The notes below the pieces were generated by a model. That model was not told the DNA's origin and ran no database searches. It worked only from the letters and a program-made list of their open reading frames with translations. From UHGV virus genome UHGV-1885740: 14,785 nt of DNA; one strand, given 5' to 3'. Of the stretch, positions 6,781 to 13,529 are shown piece after piece (position 1 is the stretch's first letter; each line of letters begins with the position of its first letter). The stretch is from a virus. Both the position numbers and the translations under genes were made by a program.

Positions 6781-7053
6781 ATGTCAAGCTGGATTAATCA
6801 AGAAGTCGAATCACGTTTTAATGCTATTTGGGATCTCATCGAAAAAGAAGACGGCACATCAAGCCCCTACCTCAACAATTTGGAATTCCATTTTGTGGAA
6901 GCGATGAACGCAGAACATGATCACGAAGGTGGCGCGGATGAGTTCGCTAAAGGTTATGGCTTTAACAATGCCAACGAAATGATCGAGGCGGTCGTACTCC
7001 AGGCTGAGGAAGATTATCAATTAAAAACACTTGAATTCTGCCGCCATAAGTAA
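6781..7053 (+). CDS. hypothetical acidic protein (90 aa)
   Basis: ATG with a purine-rich Shine-Dalgarno site; ORF track. Confidence 0.8.
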   Translation: MSSWINQEVESRFNAIWDLIEKEDGTSSPYLNNLEFHFVEAMNAEHDHEGGADEFAKGYGFNNANEMIEAVVLQAEEDYQLKTLEFCRHK

Positions 7054-7059
7054 TAAGAT
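7031..7059 (+). promoter_or_regulatory. sigma70-like promoter (TTGAAT-17-TAAGAT), overlapping the 3' end of CDS 6781-7053
   Basis: TTGAAT 7031-7036, TAAGAT 7054-7059; 5' hairpin GGGCC/GGCCC at 7068-7081; AGAGAGAAAG before ATG at 7114. Confidence 0.55.
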
Positions 7060-7113
7060 AATGACACGGGCCAAAAGGCCCACTAATCAGAACCACACAA
7101 AGAGAGAAAGAAA

Positions 7114-7332
7114 ATGACAACCCGTAAAATTAAAGTTGTTTGCATTGAATCGACTGGGGGCGCTTTTGTAGTTGGTCAGGAATATAATGCGGTTTTAATG
7201 GGTACGGATTGGAAGGTTAAAGGCCTTAATGGTTACGAGTACGGCACTACTTGCGGCTTGCGTGGTCGAATCGGATACGTGAGTTTAGACAATAAAGAAA
7301 AATTTGTTTTCGACACCGTTGTGAGTAAATAG
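7114..7332 (+). CDS. hypothetical protein (72 aa)
   Basis: ATG with a purine-rich Shine-Dalgarno site; ORF track. Confidence 0.75.
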   Translation: MTTRKIKVVCIESTGGAFVVGQEYNAVLMGTDWKVKGLNGYEYGTTCGLRGRIGYVSLDNKEKFVFDTVVSK

Positions 7333-7409
7333 CATGAATTGCTAAAGACTGATCTGCGAACTGCTGTATTATCAACTAATCAAAACGAACCACATAAAGA
7401 GGAAACATC

Positions 7410-7672
7410 ATGAAACGTCTGGATCAGCTTAAATTAGTTCAGTACATGGCCTACAGAATTCTTGAAGTCCAGAAAGGTAGCAAAAAAGAGGTTTGCGAGA
7501 AAGCTTATAAGATCTTCACTCGTAAAAAGATGATTGGATGTTACGCCAGACCAAAAAGGCTGACATCTTGGGGTACCTGGAAGAAGAGATCCGCCTTGAA
7601 GAGCAAGAAGAGATCCGCCGTAGTGAGGCAGATTATCAGGCAGCTTGGGAAAACTGGATGAGCAACAAATAA
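7410..7672 (+). CDS. hypothetical protein with an apparent frame change (frame 0 from 7410; -1 frame from about 7526 to TAA 7670-7672)
   Basis: The ORF-track frame (7410-7661) turns K/R-rich with rare AGA/AGG codons after about 7530, while the -1 frame reads DILGYLEEEIRLEEQEEIRRSEADYQAAWENWMSNK with ordinary codons. A T-AAA-AAG motif sits at 7523-7529, and a 15-bp direct repeat lies at 7581-7595 and 7606-7620. Alternatively two genes, the second starting at ATG 7538. Confidence 0.5.
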
Positions 7673-7691
7673 TACAACAAGGTGCACGGTC

Positions 7692-7717
7692 AGGGGCTTA
7701 AAGCCCCTTTCTTTTTG
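7692..7717 (+). terminator. intrinsic terminator closing the rightward gene module
   Basis: Stem AGGGGC/GCCCCT with loop TTAA followed by TTCTTTTTG. Confidence 0.8.
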
Positions 7718-8322
7718 TCTCCTCTTTTCCTACCACAAATGGCCCCGCCTGGCAAATGGAATAATCAACAAGCCAGCAATTAACCCCACTGTACAAACAT
7801 ACATATAAAATAACTATTGCATAATTTTTCATTGTGTGGTAGCAGGGCCATTTTTACACGTTTTTCCTTCCAAAATTGCACGTAATGCAGCATTTGCACA
7901 AAATTTAACCTGATGCATATCTTCAATAGCTTGTCAACAACTAAAAATTCTTATAAGTCATACACTTACATAACTACAAAAGCGTTTTCTACGTGAAAAA
8001 TCGAGTATAACTATAGCCGCCAGATCTCAGAATTTACGTACGCTCGCCATTCTATAGCCTGCTAAGCATTTATTCCAACCATAGAATAACGGAATAGTCA
8101 ATACCTGCATAAAATAATTATTCGTGTAAACTGCATAACATAAATCGGCCCAAGTGTCAACATTTTTCGTAAACAGTCTGGAATTGTCACGTTAGGTTAC
8201 CATAAGCAGAGAAATCTTTAGTCGTCTAATGTTTACTGTACGTTACTATACTAACTGGAATCATTAGATGACTAATAGAAAGATAAGAAATAATTAACAA
8301 TACAATTATTCTATCTGTAACA

Positions 8323-8593
8323 ATAAGGCAACTATGCAAACGAATGGCATGGCGCGACGGAGTCGCGACATAATATAAAAGCAGTAACCATCACCCCCGT
8401 GATAGTTTGTCTGCAATCTATTAATCAGATCATAGTTGCCTTGTATTCAGTTAATCATGACATAACAAGCAAGGCAACTATAGATCTGCTAATAGTTGCC
8501 CTGCTTTTATATTATGTCATGCTAATTATAATCAGTGCGATTATTGTCATGTATAATTATTGTCATGCAAACGAATGGCATGGCTTATCATTT
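8323..8593. repeat. nested inverted/direct repeat element (about 270 bp)
   Basis: AAGGCAACTAT at 8325-8335 and 8471-8481, with inverted copies at 8432-8442 and 8492-8501; 18-bp direct repeat TGCAAACGAATGGCATGG at 8335-8352 and 8566-8583; 18-bp perfect inverted repeat 8367-8384 / 8501-8518; palindrome CGCGAC-GGA-GTCGCG around 8354-8368. Confidence 0.8.
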
Positions 8594-8610
8594 TTGAGTA
8601 AATAATCTAT

Positions 8611-8716
8611 ACGTTAACAGTAAGCTATGTAAACTATTGGGAATGTAAACAGTAAAGGTCATGAACAGTAAGCGAGCGAATAGTAATAGCGTGAATAGTG
8701 ACAGCGTAAACAGTCA
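8611..8716 (+). repeat. tandem iteron-like array (about 7 units, 15-16 bp period, core GTAAACAGT / GAAYAGT)
   Basis: Cores at 8614, 8629, 8645, 8661, 8677, 8692 and 8706; further isolated copies in both orientations at about 8169, 8843, 8989 and 9719. Confidence 0.75.
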
Positions 8717-9298
8717 TGCATGTCAATTATGTTCAGTGTGTTTAATGTGCTTAAAGTGTCATATTATGTCAGACAAGTTTTTCTCCTCTTTGTCAAGTGC
8801 TGCATGAAAAATTTACAAGCTTGTATGGTAGCATTTTTGCGGCCCTGTTTACATTCAGTGTTGTATGTATAATCCTTGTTGTGTGGGCGTTTAGACGTCT
8901 GGACGGTCAGAAGTCTGCAGGTCAATATCTAATCTATTGGCTGCTAACTATATCCCCCCACAAATAATAAGAAATATAATTGTTATGTGCGTAAACAGTA
9001 ACCTATGTTATCAATCCCTGTATGTATCGCCAGTGGTGCGCATAATGGGTATTATGTTAAATTGCCCGTAATGATAAAGATTCTCACAATGATAGGTATT
9101 CTCATTCACCCTCACAAAATAGATTGCAAATGTTGTGCCACTGTGTGAACGGCCTCACCTATTAATTTGCCTCACTGCCTCGATATTTGAGAATTATTAT
9201 AAGAATGAGAAGTATTCCCATTCCGTCCGCCTGGCAGCACTCCAGTCGCTACCGCTCATGACAGGGCAGAACTGGGCCCATTCAGATATTTCTGACTG

Positions 9299-9567
9299 AC
9301 TCTTCAGGTCTGTGTGGGAAAAGACAACCTCTCCGGCGGGACAGGGGGATATCTGAGGAGAAATTGCAGGTCAATTAAAAAATTTACGTGGTGTATGAAG
9401 CGATCTTCAGGCAAGGTATGTATTATGGGATGAAACCCTCTTCAGGCAATGATATTTGTGGGTGTGATATTTGCTGGAAAGCCAGATATGACGGGACTCC
9501 CGGCGGGGCAGGGGTAGTACAGACAGGGAAAATATGGGGATGTAGTTGGGTAAATTGATCAGGCAGG
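9299..9567 (+). repeat. cluster of CTCTTCAGG-family motifs plus a GC-rich direct repeat CCGGCGGG(R)CAGGGG
   Basis: CTCTTCAGG at 9300-9308 and 9438-9446 (also 9850-9858 and 10500-10508); GATCTTCAGG 9402-9411; GATCAGGCAGG 9557-9567; CTCCGGCGGGACAGGGGG 9331-9348 against CTCCCGGCGGGGCAGGGG 9497-9514. Confidence 0.7.
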
Positions 9568-10210
9568 TAGAGTATGGAATATGTTACAGGTATGTTAAAT
9601 AGGGAGGCTGAATATCTGTAGGATTTGTGTGTAAAATCAAAGACTTAAGTGGTGTTGCGGTATTTTCTATAAATAATTCAAGTTTAATAGGTAATATTTG
9701 TCTCTATTCGCTTTGTGTGGTAAACAGATTCAGATGAGATTGGTTTACAAGTGTATACATAATATACAAATTAAAGATACAAGAAACCCCCTCCCCCTTC
9801 GGCTACCATTCACCTTTTCCTCTGACTGGTACTTAAACACTTATTCAGACTCTTCAGGTTATCACCCATATATCATATGGCAGTGACTGGTGTCCTCCGG
9901 CCCCTCTTTCGTCACCCGTCCGCTTCGCCATGCTAATGCCATAGCCAATGGTTCGGTTGTTCACCCTGTTCACTCAGGTGTATCTCCATACCCCTTCAAA
10001 CCGAAGAGAACAGAAAACCCGAATTACTCGGTAAAAGAAAAGAGAAGAACTTAATTTTATCAGGATAGGCAAGAATGTCAAGGCATGACTGCTCACTAAA
10101 CAAGCAAACAGTCATGTGTGGAAGGTAAGTGATTGTGGTGGTGGGAAATTTAGTTGAAAGATGTGTTATAGGTGCGCTTCCAGCACTTTGGCCGGGCAGC
10201 TAATTGTGCG

Positions 10211-10426
10211 TCAGTCCAGCGGTTCATCCTCTACTTCACTGAAATCAATGTTCATGGTCTCTTCCCAACCATCGATCTCAGCACAAGAGTGGAGTTCTTT
10301 AGGGTTTACTCCCAAAGCCTCAGCAACAGAGTCTATATTTAACACCTCTGGCAGGTATGATTCATCGAATTCAAGGTAAATCAGGCCACGAGTGTTGTCA
10401 GCTCCACCAAATATTTCTATCTTCAT
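10211..10426 (-). CDS. hypothetical acidic protein (71 aa)
   Basis: ATG with GAGGAG 5 nt upstream; ORF track; the overlapping plus-strand ORF is S/T-rich antisense. Confidence 0.65.
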   Translation of the reverse strand: MKIEIFGGADNTRGLIYLEFDESYLPEVLNIDSVAEALGVNPKELHSCAEIDGWEETMNIDFSEVEDEPLD

Positions 10427-10547
10427 AAAATCTCCTCTGGAAATGAGAGTGTGAACAGGGTTTTATACGTCCCAATGCACAGGAATTATGCACGTTTGCC
10501 TCTTCAGGCCATGCTTTAGCATGAGGAACCTGTGTGGGCTCGGTGCT

Positions 10548-10787
10548 TCATAGTCTACCACCTCTGAACTCTTCGTGCTCAGGCATAATAGAGAACCAGA
10601 TATCTACGATGTCTTCCCACGTTAGGTCATCAGCCTCAGGATCTACCTGGAGCGAAGATGGAGAATCTTCAGAATCTAAGTTTTCCTCTTTCACTGGCTC
10701 AGCCAAGGGACATATAGTCACTCCTTTGGATGTCTCTTCAGATGCATGTGTGTGTTGATCATGTTCCACCCGTGAGTATTCCGGCAA
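10548..10787 (-). CDS. hypothetical acidic protein (79 aa as drawn; start uncertain)
   Basis: ORF-track frame begins at TTG with no Shine-Dalgarno site and overlaps the small ORF 10759-10860 by 29 nt in another frame; acidic C-terminal region resembles that of 10211-10426. Confidence 0.4.
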   Translation of the reverse strand: MPEYSRVEHDQHTHASEETSKGVTICPLAEPVKEENLDSEDSPSSLQVDPEADDLTWEDIVDIWFSIMPEHEEFRGGRL

Positions 10788-10860
10788 CAGCTGCTATGGA
10801 CGTAATGATCATCAGGATCACCACCAAAACCTCTGACAATGTTTTCATTGTGTATCCCAT
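10759..10860 (-). CDS. small hydrophobic peptide (33 aa, MGYTMKTLSEVLVVILMIITSIAAVAGILTGGT)
   Basis: ATG directly downstream of a strong minus-strand promoter (TTGACA-17-TAATAT); GGAG 3 nt upstream; below the ORF-track cutoff. Confidence 0.45.
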   Translation of the reverse strand: MGYTMKTLSEVLVVILMIITSIAAVAGILTGGT

Positions 10861-10880
10861 ATTCTCCAAATGATGTGTGG

Positions 10881-10909
10881 ATATTATCACTGGAGCGGTA
10901 ATGTGTCAA
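10881..10909 (-). promoter_or_regulatory. sigma70-like promoter on the minus strand (TTGACA-17-TAATAT)
   Basis: Reverse complement of 10904-10909 is TTGACA and of 10881-10886 is TAATAT, with a 17-nt spacer; it is the first promoter downstream of the minus-strand terminator at 11066-11097. Confidence 0.65.
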
Positions 10910-11065
10910 CAGAAACGCCGCGAGGGTTTGGTTAAAATCCGAGCGTATGGTGATTTGGGTCAAAACGGACGTGCGTTCTCGCTACGCTCGAAATATGGAG
11001 TTGTTTGTAGGGAGCTCTTAAACGCTCTGTAATGAGATTAACTGCCCAAGGTATGCAATCGTGCA

Positions 11066-11097
11066 CCAGATAAAGAAAAGGACGCCACAGAGCGTCC
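11066..11097 (-). terminator. intrinsic terminator (minus strand)
   Basis: Stem GGACGC/GCGTCC (11080-11085 / 11092-11097) followed on the minus strand by CTTTTCTTTATCT; 26 nt after the stop of CDS 11123-11422. Confidence 0.7.
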
Positions 11098-11122
11098 TAG
11101 GTGTCTTAAATTTGATATTTTG

Positions 11123-11422
11123 CTATACCCACGAGGGCTTATCAAGGTTGGAGTAGCTGAAAGGTGTCAAAAGGTGACTGTCAAAATCTCTCAAACTATC
11201 CAAATCTTTTTCCTCGTCCTGACACCATCTGTGCCTACATTTGTTGTTGTAGTGCATGGAATGCATAGCGTTCTGCAACTTAACAGGCACAAGTGATTCA
11301 GGAGTAGATAGTATTGTTGGGTATGCCAGAACCACCTCAAACAGTGGAAACACATCGAAACTAAAGTCTACCTCTGCAGAGGTTGATGGCATGTAGGAGT
11401 ATTTAGCCGCCTTTGTAGACAT
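11123..11422 (-). CDS. hypothetical protein (99 aa)
   Basis: ORF-track frame 11123-11434 begins at GTG; ATG at 11422 follows GAGGTGG; closely follows the upstream gene. Confidence 0.65.
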   Translation of the reverse strand: MSTKAAKYSYMPSTSAEVDFSFDVFPLFEVVLAYPTILSTPESLVPVKLQNAMHSMHYNNKCRHRWCQDEEKDLDSLRDFDSHLLTPFSYSNLDKPSWV

Positions 11423-11430
11423 AATCCACC

Positions 11431-11763
11431 TCACACAGGTTTGATAATACCTTCACCGAATAGCTCTTCGTATCTAATCTTGTCCGGATCCCACTCCTGG
11501 ATAATTTCGAAGACAATATCCAACCCAGGAACAATCACTTCTCCAGTGTCAAGCTTAGCAAGAACAAAACCGGAAGGTTGAATGGTTTCCCAGTTACGGC
11601 GATCAGAATAAAATACTTCGAAAATATCACCAACCTCAATCCGTTTCTGTTGCTCAAGATGCTCAAGGTTCTCTTTCATACGGATGCAGCGTATTTTTCG
11701 TGCAGGCCATAGACCACCTGCATCACGTTCATTCAATTCTTTTACAGTGATCGGTATACCCAT
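11431..11763 (-). CDS. hypothetical protein (110 aa)
   Basis: ATG with AAGGAG 7 nt upstream; ORF track. Confidence 0.75.
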   Translation of the reverse strand: MGIPITVKELNERDAGGLWPARKIRCIRMKENLEHLEQQKRIEVGDIFEVFYSDRRNWETIQPSGFVLAKLDTGEVIVPGLDIVFEIIQEWDPDKIRYEELFGEGIIKPV

Positions 11764-11790
11764 CTCAAATCTCCTTCATAGATAGTAAAA

Positions 11791-11810
11791 AGAGGGGCCC
11801 AAGCCCCTCT
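11791..11810 (-). terminator. GC hairpin, possible terminator or attenuator between leftward genes
   Basis: Palindrome AGAGGGGC-CCAA-GCCCCTCT; on the minus strand it is followed by TTTTAC, then the Shine-Dalgarno site of the next gene only about 15 nt away. Confidence 0.5.
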
Positions 11811-11818
11811 CTTTGTCA

Positions 11819-12124
11819 TTATTCTACAGAGCGTTTGAACAGAATGTCTGCCTCGGACATGTGCTCAACCTCTTCTTCGATTTTAGCTCGACGTTTTTCA
11901 GCCTCATAGCGAATATCGAACTCGGTAGCCACCAAAGATTTGATGAATTTAGGAGAATACAGGTGATCCTGCTTCTCAACGAGAATGATATCCTTAATGG
12001 CATCTTTCAGATCTTTAATCTGAAGTTGGAGTTCCACCAGTTCTTCGATTGTCTTGCGAAGGCGATCACGCTCTGCAGTGTCAGAAGGAAGAGAGGTGAA
12101 CAGTTCAACTTTAGATTTAGCCAT
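11819..12124 (-). CDS. hypothetical charged, probably helical protein (101 aa)
   Basis: ATG with AAGGAG 9 nt upstream; ORF track; heptad-like E/K/L-rich sequence. Confidence 0.75.
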   Translation of the reverse strand: MAKSKVELFTSLPSDTAERDRLRKTIEELVELQLQIKDLKDAIKDIILVEKQDHLYSPKFIKSLVATEFDIRYEAEKRRAKIEEEVEHMSEADILFKRSVE

Positions 12125-12152
12125 AGTAAGAGTCTCCTTATGTTGTTTTAAA

Positions 12153-12404
12153 TTAACGTTCTACAAAAATACCGTTCAGTTCAATAACCAGGAATTTCTG
12201 GTCTTCACTGTCGTCTCGTGCCAGCACCTCACAGACGTATCGGTCATCTCCATCATCATCGCAGTCAAATACAAGACTGAGGACTTTATCATGATAAACC
12301 TTCGCCACTACCGCCTCGTAAGTATTGCCGATTGTGAATCCAAGATAATCTCCGATGCATTTGACAACAACATGGTCTCCAGCATTCAAGTCAATCTTCG
12401 TCAT
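12153..12404 (-). CDS. hypothetical acidic protein (83 aa)
   Basis: ORF-track frame 12153-12470 begins at TTG; ATG at 12404 follows AAGGGG; contains a DCDDDGDD acidic patch. Confidence 0.7.
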   Translation of the reverse strand: MTKIDLNAGDHVVVKCIGDYLGFTIGNTYEAVVAKVYHDKVLSLVFDCDDDGDDRYVCEVLARDDSEDQKFLVIELNGIFVER

Positions 12405-12550
12405 TACTGCGCCCCTTGGGTAATAATACTGTATGTAAAACTTTAACCAGAGATGTGAATAACGCCCCAAAACACACCGATAGCGCTAAAACAGACAAGG
12501 CCATCATTAAAGCTTCAGTAAAATCAGTCACTCCTCACCTCTTGTTAGTC

Positions 12551-12579
12551 ACTATACTGTCATTTATCTTTGCCGTCAA
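12551..12579 (-). promoter_or_regulatory. sigma70-like promoter on the minus strand (TTGACG-17-TATAGT)
   Basis: Reverse complement of 12574-12579 is TTGACG and of 12551-12556 is TATAGT; overlaps the 3' end of CDS 12560-12823; about 140-nt leader before ATG at 12404. Confidence 0.6.
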
Positions 12580-12823
12580 GAACTTTTTTAAATCTTTCAG
12601 GGATATCGCCTGTTCTTAGATAGCTCATGACCTCACAAGGTTCCCACTTGAATTTCTTACAAAGCAGGGCGGCTGAGATTGTTTCATTGCGAAAAGAAAG
12701 GATATTAATATCCCATTCTGAGAACCCCAACTTCCGAAGGGTAGCTACAGAAATCCTCACCGCAACCCAGCAGCAAAAACATGCAACAAACGCCACTGCT
12801 ATAACCCACATCAGGATGTTCAT
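12560..12823 (-). CDS. hypothetical membrane-anchored protein (87 aa, N-terminal transmembrane helix)
   Basis: ATG with GAGGTG 5 nt upstream; N-terminal WVIAVAFVACFCCWVAV; ORF track. Confidence 0.65.
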   Translation of the reverse strand: MNILMWVIAVAFVACFCCWVAVRISVATLRKLGFSEWDINILSFRNETISAALLCKKFKWEPCEVMSYLRTGDIPERFKKVLDGKDK

Positions 12824-12832
12824 ACAAGCACC

Positions 12833-12916
12833 TCACTGAAATACAAGACACAGTGTTAAGGTTACAGACCAGCAAATAATTAACAGTGCCGTTGCAACCT
12901 TGGCAAGATTTATCAT
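12833..12916 (-). CDS. small hydrophobic peptide (27 aa, MINLAKVATALLIICWSVTLTLCLVFQ)
   Basis: ATGA overlap with the stop of CDS 12913-13200; AGAGG 4 nt upstream; its stop overlaps the Shine-Dalgarno site of the next gene. Confidence 0.4.
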   Translation of the reverse strand: MINLAKVATALLIICWSVTLTLCLVFQ

Positions 12917-13200
12917 AGTGCCTCTAAGATTTCATATCCTTCGGGTCGGAATACAAGCCACTCCGTGGCTCCGTTTGGTCGATACGCTTTATACAGAACA
13001 ACCTGATCTCGGCACATGCACATAGCTACATAGTTTTCATCCACGCCTGCAGCCTGCATTGCAGCTTCTTCTCCGGCAACTGCTTTGCTTACAACCTCCT
13101 TAGTAGGCAGGTGTGCGATCAGCTCGTCACCATCATTAATTCCAAAATGGCTGAGTTCTCCATTGGTATCTTTAATCTTAATCTTAACCAGATCTTTCAT
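12913..13200 (-). CDS. hypothetical acidic protein (95 aa), member of a paralogous family
   Basis: ATG with GGAGGAAGA upstream; TAATG overlap with the upstream gene; N-terminus KIKIKD...DGDELIAHLP resembles 13880-14137. Confidence 0.75.
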   Translation of the reverse strand: MKDLVKIKIKDTNGELSHFGINDGDELIAHLPTKEVVSKAVAGEEAAMQAAGVDENYVAMCMCRDQVVLYKAYRPNGATEWLVFRPEGYEILEAL

Positions 13201-13529
13201 TAGTCTTCCTCCAGGTTCAAAGGACCTAAGATTTCATATGCCAGATTAGAAGTTACCAGAGGGTCTTCTGCATCTTTAGTATTATACCACCCGTGAATAA
13301 CCAGAGTCCCACTCTGTTTCATATCTAACTGGAACTGTTCTGCAGTTTCCTCATCCATCTCTAAGATCTCCATAAGGTACTTGATGTCAGGAAGGTATGC
13401 AGCTGTTACAGTTCCCTCTACCAGACCTTCGGGCCAACCTACATCCGGATGACAAGTAGGAACCAGATTGGTCAGCTTAATGGTGTACGCTTTTTCTGCA
13501 CGAGCCTTCAGTAACTGGTCAATCTTCAT
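13200..13529 (-). CDS. hypothetical acidic protein (109 aa)
   Basis: ATG with AGGAGGA upstream; TAATG overlap with the upstream gene; ORF track. Confidence 0.75.
   Translation of the reverse strand: MKIDQLLKARAEKAYTIKLTNLVPTCHPDVGWPEGLVEGTVTAAYLPDIKYLMEILEMDEETAEQFQLDMKQSGTLVIHGWYNTKDAEDPLVTSNLAYEILGPLNLEED

Noticed and set aside
8399-8605. 68-aa plus-strand ORF inside the repeat element
   Set aside because: GTG start, no Shine-Dalgarno site, and the sequence is I/L/V-rich low complexity generated by AT-rich repeats; it coincides with the inverted/direct repeat structure.
9698-9886. 62-aa plus-strand ORF in the non-coding zone
   Set aside because: TTG start, no ribosome-binding site, and it spans repeat motifs; no coding-like codon usage.
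10718-10963. 81-aa minus-strand ORF from the track
   Set aside because: Starts at TTG and runs across the strong minus-strand promoter (10881-10909) and the small peptide gene in another frame; H/C/W-rich unnatural composition.
10161-12839. Plus-strand ORFs in the leftward module (10161-10379, 10534-10758, 11813-12151, 12054-12446, 12416-12619, 12627-12839) and 13604-13819
   Set aside because: All are antisense to minus-strand genes that have Shine-Dalgarno sites and coupled stop/start junctions; their proteins are S/T-rich or low-complexity, as expected for the reverse frame of acidic genes.
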